A stretch of DNA of 64,000 nt, taken from positions 928,156 through 992,155 of the forward strand of contig JAAOMT010000523.1 in assembly GCA_016748015.1 (NCBI GenBank). The letters run 5' to 3'. Made by a program: the position numbers and the translations under genes. The DNA is from Geosiphon pyriformis uo1. Its lineage: Eukaryota > Fungi > Glomeromycota. Numbering within the stretch: the first letter of the stretch is position 1; every line of letters starts with the position of its first letter. Positions 49,757 to 62,347 of this stretch are shown in pieces. The notes below the pieces were generated by a model. That model did no database searches. It was not told where the DNA came from and worked only from the letters and a program-made list of their open reading frames with translations.

Positions 49757-51136
49757 TTATCTTTTCAAATAATGTTCAATTAAAACTATTGGTTCTAAAT
49801 CTCATGGAATTTGTTCTGGTAGAATTAAAGGTAATTGTGTTCTAATTCTGGGTGTTTTTGTTGTTATTACTGGTTTACTGTAATAGAATTTCAGCTGGTT
49901 ACCATGTGCTGCTTTTCTTAATATTTTATCATCTAGTCTTAGCTTGTATGCTCCATTTCCAAGTATTTCGTGAATATAAAATGGTCCATCCCACTTGTGA
50001 TCAAATTTTCCACTCCACTGTTTTTCCATTTTTGTATGATACAACAATACTTTATCTCCAATTTTGTAGCTAATTATATTATCTAGTAATTGGTTATCAT
50101 GTCTCACTTTTTGTTGTTCTTGTGATTGTTCAATATTTTGTGCTGCTTTTCTTCTTTTGTTTTCTAAAGTTTCCATTAATTCGTATGTTCTTCTAAGTAG
50201 TGTTTCCTGGAATGTTGCTTCTGTGATAATGTCACTTGGATAAGTTGGGATAGTAAGTTTAACTGGTAATGTGGCTTTTCTTCCATAAACTAGTTCAAAT
50301 GGTGTGAATTGTGTAGTATCTTGTTTTACTGTTCTATATGTTAGTAGTACTGCTGGTATGAACAAATCTCATTCTTTTTCATGTTCATTACTAATTTTTT
50401 CCAGTGATTTGCATAATGTGCGATTAAATCTTTTAACTAATCCATTTGTTTGAGAGTGGTATGATAATGACAGTGGTTACTTGATTCCAAATTTTTGGCT
50501 AAGTTCTTTTAAGGTGCTGTTTACAAAGTGTGTGCCTTAATCTGATAGCAATTTTTGTGGACATCCATGTTAGCAAATTAAGTCTTCATGTATGAATTGA
50601 GCTACGGAAATAGCATCAGCTGTTTTAATAGCTCTAGCTTCTGGCCATTTGGTAAGATAGTCCATGGCTACTGCAATATAACAGTTGTTTTTTGTTGTTA
50701 TTGGTAAGGGTCCAACTAAATCAATTCTGATTCTGTCAAATGGCTGTCCAACTTTTATTGGTCTTAATAATTCTGTTGTTTTTGCTCCTCCTCTTCATTG
50801 GCATGGGTCACAATTTTTTATGTATTGGATTATGTCTGAACTCATTTTTGGCCAATAGTAATGGCTAGTTGCACGTTGGATGGTTGCTGTTTTTCCAAAG
50901 TGGCCTGAATGAATATCTGAGTGCATGTTAAATAAGATAGTTTTTTTTTCATCCGTGGTTATAACTCTTAATGGATTATCTGAATTTTGTCGATTTCGGT
51001 AATAAAGTATGTGATTTTGGATGAAATAGTGTTTTGCTAATTTTTGGAGCTTAATTAGCTCTTTTACTGGCATTTCTTCATCTATTTGTAGTGTTTCCAA
51101 GTATTGGCTGAGGTTTTTGTAAAGGTAGTTGTTCAT
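49757..51136 (-). pseudogene. Stand-alone integrase of element D
   Basis: Own ATG 29 nt after the RH stop; HHCC finger, DDE core, WDGPF, DLEPIVLI tail. Confidence 0.9.
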
Positions 51137-53429
51137 TGTTGTTGTGGCGAGTGGGTTGGTGATTTTTATGTGTGTCTCATTCTTGACAAACAGTCAGCAT
51201 TAGCATTTTTGGTACCTTCTTTGTATTTGATAATATAATCATATGGTGCTAATGTTTGTGACCATCTGGCATATTTTCTTTTTAGTGCTTTCTTGTTATT
51301 TAACCAGACCAGACCTCTATGATTTGTCGTAATCTCAAAGGGTTGGTACCATAAATATGTGTTAAAGTGAACACAACTCCAGATTATTGCTAAGCATTCA
51401 AGTTCATGTGCTGCATAGTTTTGTTCTGCCATACTGAGACTTCTGCTGACATAAGCAATTACACATTCTCTTCCATTATCATCTTTTTGTGACAGAATGG
51501 CTCCAAGTCCAGTTTCAGAGGCATCTGTGGCCAAAATGAATTTCTTATTGAAATTCGGATAGATTATTATTGGTGATTTAATGAGCTTTTGTCTAAGGTA
51601 CTCAAAAGCTTTTTGTTGTGCTTCAGTCCATTCAAACTTCACATTTTTAAATAGTAGGTAATTAAGGCATTTGGCGATGTTTAAAAAGTTTTCTACAAAG
51701 CAGCGGTAGTAAGATGCAAGTTCTAAAAAGCTTCTAACTTCTGAAACATTTTGAGGTACTAGAAAATTTTTCATTTTGTCTATTTTTAATAGATCTGGTT
51801 TTATTTCATCTTTTCCAACTATGTGTCCTAAAAATGCTAGCTCATTTTTCCCAAAGAAACATTTTTCTAGATTTAGTTTAAGTCTAGCGTGTCTCAATTT
51901 CTCAAAAACTTGTTGTAAATGTTGGAGATGATCTGTGAATTTTGACAAAAAAACATTTGTATCATCCAAGTAGACAACAATGGATTGCCATAGGATTCTG
52001 GAGTAAATTACGTCCATTAGTTTTTGGAATGTTGCGAGAGCGTTTGTTAATCCAAATGGCATTACATTTAACTCATAATTGCTATTTTGTGTTGTGAATA
52101 CTGTTTTATGCCTGTCCTTTGGGTCCATTTCCACTTGCCAGTACCCACTGGTCAAGTCCAGTATAAAAAACCATTTTGCTCCTCCAAAAACGTCAAAGAT
52201 TTTGTCAATTAACAGTATTGGGTATGAGTCTTTGGTTGTTTTGCTGTTTAATTTGCGATAGTCGATGCAAAATCTAATTTTTCTGTTCTTTTTCTTTACT
52301 AAAACAATTGGTGAGGATCATGGGCTCATTGATAGTTGTATTATTTCTTTTTCCAACATGCTTTGAACTTCTTCTCTGATAAAATTATGCTCCATTGATG
52401 GGACATAGTAAGTGCATTGTTTTTCAGGTCTGGTATCTCCAGTGGGGATTTGGTGTTGAACCAAGTTGGTTCTTCCAAATTTGCCATTTCTTGAAAATAT
52501 ATCAGAGTATTTTAAAATTAATGCTTTTAATTGTTGCTGTTGGTCAGAATCCATTGTTCCAATGTTTAATTTGGCCAATTTTTCTGGCATAAATTGATAA
52601 CATTCTAACGGTTGTTGCCAATTTATTAAAGTGAGTTCACAGTAGAGGGCAATTTCTGGGAAATTTAGAATTTTTTATGGTGTTGACGCATTTTCTAGCT
52701 CTGTTCCGAGGTATCCAATGATGGTATCTTCTGGAATGTAGACAGATTCTTCTGTGGTATTTGCAATAGGAATTTTTATCTATTGAGCTTTATCAGCTGG
52801 AATAAAAAGATTAGTAAGTCCTATGAAAAACTGTTGGCAAGTTTCTGGGTAGGGCTCAAATATTAGGTCTTTTTCTTTAATTGTCCTTTTTATTCTTATT
52901 TCTGATTTTCCATATGGTAGAAGCGTGATGGACTGCTCATTTTTAATTACTTCGCCTTTTTCCTCTATTGTTTCAGTGAAATTCACTTCAATTCCTTTTC
53001 CTGTCGATCCGAAACCAAAAATTTCTCTCGTTGTTTGTGACAATTCTTCACAATTTTCTACTGGCACAAATTTCCCAATTTTTACCAATGGTAGGAAAAT
53101 TGCTTGTGCAATCTTTTCCTTAGATTCAATGGTATAAGGCTTTTCTGAATTGTTCTGTAGCAAAACCATCAAATTTTCAGTGTATCCAGAGTCAATTACT
53201 CTTTTTTGAACACTTATTCCTTTTTTCGCAAGGCTTGATCATGACGCCATTTGAACCATTATTCCTGGTGGAATTTCAACCGCTATTTTTAGGTCGATTT
53301 TGGTGATGCTCCTGGATGGTAACATTGTGGATTGGTCTTTCAAATAATGTAGATCGAATCCGGCGTCGGTTGGATGGGCTCTTTCAGGTATTATTCCTAA
53401 GTGCCCATTGTCGAAGTATCGGATGTTAG

Positions 53430-54412
53430 TGTTACCAGATGAAATTAGAGATATTATTTAGCATAAAATTATCTTATAATTTCTATCATTAATTAGCATA
53501 TATTATCATTTCAAATGATCACTTATTACATTAGCAAAAATGTCTGAAATTATCATTTAATTAATAACTCAAATTGTACACAACACAAATGTAACCTAAT
53601 TGTGATGATCAATTATGCAATACCCTGAACTATGTAACATTCAGAAGTTCGCCAAAATTTGTAGAAATTTGCCGAAATAATTGATAGTTCACCGAAATAT
53701 CTAATAGTTCGCCGAAATAACTTGTAGTTCGCCGAAATGTATCTTTAGTTCAGCAAAATTGTAGAAAATAGCAAAGTTCAAGTTCATAGAATAGTGTTAC
53801 AACAAGTTGTATAAAAGAAGAGCTTCTCTCTTCGAGAAAATGTATCTTACTTTAGATTTATCTCTTAAAAACTGTCCTATACACACAAAAAGAAATAAAT
53901 ATTAAATAATTTGAAAAAAACCAAATTCTTTAAATTATTGTACTTGGAAAAATCCTCAAAACCCAACTAATGTTTTGAAATTGATTAGCTACCAATTTCA
54001 GTAAACTGTTAGTGACTCCAGGCCTGGATAGAAAACGTTTCCCTTGATAAAATTCTATTTCTTTTACATTTCTTTTATTTTCTTTTATTTTCTTATTATA
54101 ATTATTAGGGTAACCTACAGACGAGATTCCTGTAGAAGAGTTGACTTTCACAGCAAAGTAACTACACATTTTTAGTGAGCTTCCAGACAAGCAATTCCTG
54201 GGAAAAAGTTGACGTTTACTACAACGTAACTACATAAAGCAACTGGCATGGAATTGGTCATTCTACTCATAAGCCCAGCAAGTTCAAATTATAGGAGATA
54301 ATTTGAAAATAAATTCAGTTACTGGAGGTTCAACCACATTTAAAAAACATGAATTCACAGCAAATAAATATCAACAACATTACAGAAAAGAGACCAAAAA
54401 CCTCCGGTAACA
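53430..54412 (+). repeat. 5' LTR of element E
   Basis: TGTTACCAGA...TCCGGTAACA; matches 62348-62980; tandem AGTTCGCCGAAAT units at ~53646-53760. Confidence 0.93.
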
Positions 54413-54414
54413 TT

Positions 54415-54430
54415 TGGTGCTCTCCCACGG
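54415..54430 (+). promoter_or_regulatory. Primer-binding site TGGTGCTCTCCCACGG
   Basis: TGG 2 nt after the LTR end. Confidence 0.85.
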
Positions 54431-54457
54431 AAATAACACAGCAAAAACAAATTCAAA

Positions 54458-57400
54458 GTGGTGACCATACCAGACGCAACAACTCTAGAGTATTACCAAT
54501 CAATTTACACCCACTGCAAGCAAAGATTCAACATTCCAGACGGAATTGAAGTTGTCAAGAAATCAGTATACTAATACATTGAAAACTGCATCAACAATTA
54601 TCTTTTTGGAAATTAGAATATCTCAGAAGTTAGAAGCAACCTTTACAATAATTTAGCACACTATTCACAGTTGGGAACTGAAGACCTTAATAGTAAAACA
54701 CTTGCCACTTACTTTCACGAACTTAATTATAATATTATCAAATACTGTAAAGAAACATATCCAGTGCAGTCTCAATACACTATTGATTTTGAATCGGAAA
54801 CAGAAACAAGCAACAAAGACAAAAACAAATTAAAGCAATATTCAAGAACCACCCCAAATACTCCAACACTACCGAAAACAACTGCCAAACATTTACAAAC
54901 ACCTGAACAAGGAACCAGCTCAAAACTTCCACTTACTATCACACTTTTTCCAGCTTTACTTGCACAAGCACAAACACCTAATTCACCCTTGAATAGATTT
55001 GCAAGACCAGAAGATTTTACATCACTCAGAAGTCCCACCAGACAACAAGAACTCCTTCAAACTAGTTCCAATCTCCTTGATTTTCTAGCTGAAAATCAAA
55101 GTGAACACTCTGAGACAGCAGTAAATGAAGAAAACAACTCTGAAATAACTGAAGAAGAATCAATAGACAGTGAAAACGAAGAAGACGAAATGACAACATA
55201 CATCGCAAAAATTCCTGAATTCAATGGAGAAGATATTGAGACCAGTCCTCAAGAATGGCTTGACCAAGTTACTAAAGCTGGAGATGCAAATAGATGGAAC
55301 GCTGCCAGAATGTTAAGAACAATTCCCTACTTTCTCAAAGGAACAGCAGGAAAATGGTTTGAAAACCTTGCCACCCCATTCAATAATTGGAATGCTTTCA
55401 AAGCAGCCTTCCTTGAACAGTTTACTGACAATAATACCTCCATCACTCTTTGCAATCGTTTTTGAAATATTAAACAAGAACCCTCCGAATCCGTTATGAC
55501 TTATATTGGGAAATTCAACAAACTTCTCAGACGAATTCGCCAACTTGAGACAAATGATTATTATTCCGATGCTCAAATCTTGGATCAATTTATCACTGGT
55601 CTAAAAAATAAACTAATTAAAAAGGTTCGCCCACATGTGCCAGAAGATTTAAACTCTGCCATACAGCATGCGAAAAGATACAAAATGGCCATGGAAGAAG
55701 CCAATCGTACAAAACTTGTAAATTTGGCAATTGAAGAACCCAGCTCAGCAGCTGAGGAAAAAATTGACCAATTCACAAAGAAGGTCAAAAACTATTTTAC
55801 CAACTAACAACAACAACAACTCCAAAGATATCAACCACCCCAAAGACGAAATCAAAATAACTTTGCACCACTTTCCAATAACCAGCCCCAGAATTGCCAT
55901 TACTGTGGAATCTCTGGCCACTGGGAAAAAGATTGCAGAAAGCTGCAACAAGACCAACAAAATAGGGGTAATCAACATTACTCTCCACCACAGCAATTTT
56001 ATTATCAACCATCACCACCAGCTTACTATCCACCAAGACCCCAATACCAAAATAACTATTATCAGCCTGCCCCACAACCAATCCAACAGCAATACCAACA
56101 ACCACCCACACAACATTATTAAGTACCTGCTCGAAGACTGATTACACAAAATCAATTCACACCACAAAACTGATACCAAGTAAACAACAGTAAAATCAGT
56201 TCAAACAACCAATTGGTTCCCCAAAATACCACTCAACCAAGATCCAACCATTACCACACTCAACCCAGTTATTTAACAATGCCGGAAGAACAGGATTTTC
56301 ACCATACTGCACCCTCAAAAGGTAGAGCTTCAGCACAACAACAATGAAACCTTTTTCATAACCACACCATTATTCCACCAGTCCAAATTGCTGAAAACGC
56401 CAATCTCTTTGATATCTTTCCTTTTGAATTTGAAGCAAATGAATCACCATTCTTGCTTAGCAATGCAGCAGCTAATGAGCAAAAAGTCATCACTGCAATG
56501 TACGCAGAAGCTGAAGTAGAAGGAAAGCCAATTCGCTTGATCCTAAACAGTGGATCTGCTGGAAGCATTATTATCTATTAGTTAATGCAACAGTTGAAAA
56601 GAAATGTCAACCAACCAGCTCAAACAGTAATCATCACTGCCGATGGCATGAAAAAAACACCAGTAGGAGAAATTGACAATTTTCCATTCACTCTTGATAG
56701 AATCACCATTCCAGTGAAAGTTCTTGTAATGGATGCACCCCAGTACTAAGCTCTCATCGGAAATGATTGGCTTCAAAAAGCCAATGCTAATCTGAATTGG
56801 GAAACACAAGAGTTAACAATCTCCTATCAAAGACAACATGCCCGAGTACCTGCCATTTGTGGTACATTCAACAAACACTCTGAAAAAGCCCCAGCTTTTG
56901 AATTTGAACCAGAAGAAGAAAAACCAATAATCGAAACATTCATGGCTCTTGGATCAACGTCCAACTGGGCTGATGAAACAGAACAAGAACATTTTACCCC
57001 ACACACTAAACCCGAAACCTCTGGATGGAATATACCTTACTCAAAACCCGAACCAAGAAAACAACGCCCCTATATTCCCCTTAAATGTAAAGACTGCCAC
57101 AAAAAACTATTGTTAATGGAAGCCTGCATTTCACCTGAAAAAGAATATGAGAATCATACTTGTTATTACTGCAAGGCTTGCCACAGAGAGCAATGGGGCC
57201 ATCTAATAAAAAGGAGTGGAAAATGGGACAACACCCCTTGTTTGACTTGTGGAGATATGCTACCAGAAGAATGCAATTGGATTGATGTAGCAATGAGAGG
57301 AGGCGTCTGCGATCAGACCTGCCAATATGCTTTATCAATTTCAGAAAAAGTAAAAAGAGGAACACCCTTTAATGCAGCATACAATAGTGCTTTCAACAAA

Positions 57401-60079
57401 CTTTATTACTACCCTCATGATGCCAAGATAATTTTCGACTTAGCAATGGCATTAATTAATAGAGCTACCAAAGAAGATGTTCATCAAATAAAGGAAGCAG
57501 AATACATTGAATACACTATGGAATTAGCTGGATTCAATTATGAAGATGAAGTAGAAGTCTACCACCAAATTGCAAGTCACACCTACCTGACCCAAGAAGC
57601 TTAAATTCAACGATTAGAGCAAATGAATATTAGGCTATGTGAAGAATACATTATGCCTTGCGATGAACAGTGGTGTCCTGAATGCTATGCTTTTAGTATC
57701 CCCTTGCCCAGCGAGAATGATGAGAATGAAATTGAATTTGGAGAACCTGAAGAAACAGAAAAAATTGAAACAACACCCATTTACCTTATTGAAAATCAGC
57801 CTGCCTTACAACTTAAATACTTTAACAACAACAGACAAAGAATAAAACCTGAAAAGGCACACAAAATTGATGCTGGATATGACCTAAGATATCCAGACAA
57901 GGATACTCTTGTTCTCAAACCCAAATCTTTCACAAAAATCAACCTCAAAATTGCACTTAAAATCCCGTCAAGAGCAATGGTTCAAATCCCCTCTTGGTTC
58001 TCTCTGGCAAGCAAAGGAATTAATGTCAGAGGAGGAATTATCGATGCTGGATATACTGGAGACATAACAGTGATGCTTCAAAATGAAACTGACAAACCAT
58101 TCAAGATTGAATATACTGAAAAAATTGCCCAAGCTATTTACCTACTCTTAATCAACATTTCGGGTTTGCAACTAGTCAATCAAAGAGAACAATTAGGAAA
58201 AAGCGATAGAGGAACCCAAGGTTTTGGTTCAACTGAACGATTCACAGTTCCAGTTAATATAGCTCTTAACACACAGAACGAATCCCACCAGATTCTCAGA
58301 CTTCCACAACCGATTACCATCTTACCCTTTGGAAAACATCCGGAAATCTACACTTGCACAAAGTCAACAACCACACAACAAATTTTTGAGTCCAATGAAC
58401 AAGTCTGCTTGGAACATAATATTTTGATCCCAAACATTTATATTCCAGAAGGAACAAAGAAAGTCCGAGTTACTTTTTACAATCCCAATAATTACCCCAT
58501 AATTTTATTAAATAATTTAGAAATTGGAGTTATTCACAGTAATATATTTCAACAAGAATTACCCCAAACAGTCCCCGATTTCCCTGAAATTATTGGACAT
58601 TCACTACTGAAAATCAACCCAAACTCTAGCTTTGAAAACTACCATGTTGTCATGGAAAAACTATCTCGAATCAACATGGGACAACTTGAACTACAACAAC
58701 AGACCCAGCTCAAAGAACTAATTGCAGAATTTGCTGATATCTTCACCAAAAACAACAATGACTTAGGAAGAACTGATTTGGTTCAACACCAAATCTATAC
58801 AGGAGATGCCAAACCCAGGCAACAACAAGCCTACCGAGTTGCTCCAGAAAGTCACCAATTTATCCGAGAAGAAGTACAACGGATGCTTAACAATGGGCTT
58901 ATTCAACCATCAATGAGCCCATGGGTCTCATCTGTGGTTTTAGTTAAAATGAAAAATGGAAAGATACGATTTTGTGTTGATTACCGACAACTCAACAGTG
59001 TCACCATTGGAGATGCCTACCCTTTTCCCTGAATTGATGACATGTTGGATGCTCTTGGAAAGTCCAAATACTTTTCGACATTAGATTTAGAGAGTGGATA
59101 CTGGCAAGTTGCTATAGATCCCAAAGACTGCCCCAAAACAGCATTCACCACTCAAGGAAGAAATTATGAATTCAATGTAATGTCTTTCAGATTATGCAAT
59201 ATACCAGCAACATTCCAAAGACTCATGGATGTTGTTTACAAAGGCCTCCTTTGGAAATCAGTAGTAGTTTATCTTGATGACACTGATGTTTATTCATCAT
59301 CTTTTGAGCTACATTTAAGTCACCTGCAAGAAGTTTTTCAATGATTACGGAAAGCAGGATTGAAATTGAACATTGAAAAATGCTACTTTGGAAAAACAAG
59401 TTTAGCTTTTCTTGGTCACATTGTTAGCAAAGATGGAATTAAACCAGACCCCAGAAAAATCAGTACTGTCAAGAACTTTAAAACTCCACGAAATACCACA
59501 GAATTAAAAGGATTTATTGGATTAGCATCCTATTACCAAAAATTCATCAAAAAATTCTCAGAAATTACGAAACCTCTCAACCAGCTCACTACTAAAAATG
59601 TCGAATACAGATAGACAGAAGAACACCAAAATGCCTTCGAGATACTTAAGGAAAAACTCACAACAGCTCCAATTCTCGTCTACCCAGATTTTAGCAACCA
59701 ATTCTGGTTAGCAACTGACGCCTCTTATACTGCTTTTGGTGCCATCCTATCATAGTTAGATGACAATGGAAATGAGCGAGTAATTGCTTATGCTAGTAGA
59801 ACATTAAAGCCAGCTGAAAAAAACTACCCCACAACAGAATTAGAAACCGCAGCAGTAATCTGGACCCTACATCACTTCAACCTTTACCTCAGACCCAAAG
59901 AATTCGATATTATTACTGATAATATTGGACTTAAATGGCTTCAAAACAAAAACACCCAGCTGAACGCAAAACAAACCCGATGGACAGGATTTTTAGCTAA
60001 TTACCAATACATCGTACACCACAAACCAGGAAAACTCCATACCAACATTGATTGTCTCTCAAGAATGAGGCAAAATTAG
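54458..60079 (+). pseudogene. Gag-PR-Cys-rich-dUTPase-RT-RNase H polyprotein of element E, single frame
   Basis: Pieces 54671, 55496, 56942, 57623, 59042, 59360 share one frame; CHYCGISGHWEKDC; DAGYDL..GIIDAGYTG..RGTQGFGST; YLDD; ends CLSRMRQN-TAG. Confidence 0.93.
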
Positions 60080-60128
60080 AAAACAAAACCAACACCCATC
60101 TGAATTAACAGCATCAAAACAACAAACA

Positions 60129-61514
60129 ATGAACCCCGAAAACTACAACAATCTCAAACAATATTTGGAGACATTAACAATCCCAACAGATTGATCCCCA
60201 GACAAAAAACATCGGTTACAACAACAAGCCAAACAATATTTTCTACACAACAACATTATTTATTATTGAAATTTCAAAAACCCAACCAAACCACTCAGAT
60301 TAATACAAGAACCAGAAAAAGAAACCATTTTATACAACATGCACTCGGATCCTTTATCAGCACACTTCGGAAAAGATAGCACCACCCAAAGAACACTAAA
60401 ATACTACTTTTGGCCTCAAATAAGAAAAGACATTCACGAATATGTCGAATCTTGTGATAGTTGTCAAAGAAGAGGAGAAACTTGCCCTACAGAACCTTTA
60501 AATCCAATCAAAGTTGGACAGCCTTTTGACAGAGTTGGTATCAATTTAGTCGGACCACTATCTATCACTACTCAAGGAAACCATTATATTGCAGTAGCTG
60601 TAGACTATCTTACTAAATGGCCTGAAGCCAGAGCCATTCAATGAGCAGATGTAAAATCAGTAGCAAATTTCATCTACGAAGACATTATTTGTAGACATGG
60701 ATGTCCAATTGAACTTTTATCCGATTAGGGAACACACTTTGTGAACAACCTGATACAAGAAATTTGTGAACAATTTAATGTCAAAAGACCTCTGTCTTTG
60801 CCCTACCATCCACAAACAAACGGACTTGTGAAACGTTTTAACAAAACATTGTGTGAGTTATTAGCCAAAGTTTCAACCGATTTTGAGCAAGAATGGGATC
60901 TCTTTATTTCATCAGTGTTATTAGCATATAAGACATTAAAACAAGATACCACGAAACACACACCATTTGATTTAACTTATGGAAGGACAGCAACATTATC
61001 AATCAGTTTTACAGTGGAAACATACCCAGCACAACTGATTGATGAAAACAATTTCCAAGAAACGCTTCAGCGAAGAGCCTACACTCTGCTTAGCACATTG
61101 GAAGGAAAACGACAAATAGCAGCCACCCATATTGAACACTCCCAAGCTCAACAAAAAGAACGGCATGATGACAAATTGCCTTCAGTCACCAATAAATTCA
61201 AAATTGGAAACAAAGTTTTCTTACACAAAACTAAAGCTGAAAAACAATAGAGTGGAAAATTTGAAAATAAATGGGATGGACCATTCTTTATCCATGAAGT
61301 CCTAGGCAATGAATCATACAAGCTAAGACTTGATGACAAAATCCTAGCAAAAGTTGCACATGGAGATTGTTTGAAACACTATTATTCCAGAAACAATCCT
61401 GAACCATTAATTCCACAAATTGGTACACATTTCCCTTTGGTCAGTCCTGAAGATATTCCCCAGAACTTAGAACCAATAGTTGTCATTGAACAACCTTCCA
61501 ACCTGAACACTTAA
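60129..61514 (+). pseudogene. Stand-alone integrase of element E
   Basis: ATG 60129 (MNPENYNNLKQYLE), HHCC finger, AVDYLTKWPEA, WDGPF, NLEPIVVI, TAA 61512-61514. Confidence 0.92.
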
Positions 61515-61629
61515 TTTAATTTTACTAGTTATTCTCTTATAATTTAGAAACAATCTCACAAAAACAAAACAAAAATAGCATAAAAACCCATACACCAAAA
61601 ATTATTTTTATTTTTTTCAATTGCTTATA

Positions 61630-62032
61630 ATGACTATTCCTTAAAACATTCAACAATTATCCCAAAAACTAATGTTAGCTTTAAAAACAATACCCAAATT
61701 ATCCATTACTGTTACTGAAAACCACATAAATTATACCCAAACAGAAGTAGTTACAAAATTAGCCCCAAATTCACAAAAATATCACCCGTATAAAAAGAAC
61801 ACAAGAAGTTATACTGGAATTCACCTGCCAGAACTTTTAAAGCTTGCTTTAAGAGAAAACCTAATGCTCACTCTGATTAGTATTCCACTAAATGCTACAA
61901 TTCAACAAAAACTTCAACTGTGTCTTAATAAGAAAAACACTGAATATCCTTCAATCTATAGATATTTTCACATTGGAAAAACACTCTACAAATGGAAACT
62001 GGAACTTACAACAGCAAACCTCACAAAAGAAG
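61630..62032 (+). pseudogene. ORF3 of element E (partial)
   Basis: MTIP*NIQQLSQKL..LSITVTENHINY..YPSIYRYFHIGKTL aligns with ORF3 of D and A. Confidence 0.75.
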
Positions 62033-62347
62033 NNNNNNNNNNNNNNNNNNNNNNNNNNNNNNNNNNNNNNNNNNNNNNNNNNNNNNNNNNNNNNNNNNNN
62101 NNNNNNNNNNNNNNNNNNNNNNNNNNNNNNNNNNNNNNNNNNNNNNNNNNNNNNNNNNNNNNNNNNNNNNNNNNNNNNNNNNNNNNNNNNNNNNNNNNNN
62201 NNNNNNNNNNNNNNNNNNNNNNNNNNNNNNNNNNNNNNNNNNNNNNNNNNNNNNNNNNNNNNNNNNNNNNNNNNNNNNNNNNNNNNNNNNNNNNNNNNNN
62301 NNNNNNNNNNNNNNNNNNNNNNNNNNNNNNNNNNNNNNNNNNNNNNN
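62033..62347. other. Assembly gap
   Basis: Run of N. Confidence 1.

Larger units (their letters stand above)
48116..53429 (-). mobile_element. Second-family element D: dUTPase-RT-RH (51166-53429), integrase (49757-51136), ORF3 (49004-49672), PPT, 3' LTR (48116-48990)
   Basis: AHPTDAGFDL, GFGSTG, YLDD, ATDASETGLGA, NADCLSRMRHT-stop; LTR with no similarity I can see to family A beyond the termini; PPT AAAGGAGGGAA. Confidence 0.92.
53430..62032 (+). mobile_element. Third-family element E (5' LTR to ORF3, truncated by the assembly gap)
   Basis: LTR, PBS, single-frame gag-pol lacking integrase, separate integrase, ORF3. Confidence 0.93.

Noticed and set aside
53646-53760. Short repeats with variable spacers resembling a CRISPR array
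   Set aside because: Units ~22 bp with ~9-nt related spacers, inside a eukaryotic LTR, no cas genes.
53930-54190. Minus-strand ORF also seen at 62498-62737
   Set aside because: Lies inside the family-E LTR; duplication explained by LTR identity; no protein features.
61330-61514. Chromodomain at the integrase C-terminus
   Set aside because: Tail after the GPF module is short and lacks the aromatic-cage pattern (Y.VKW.GY).
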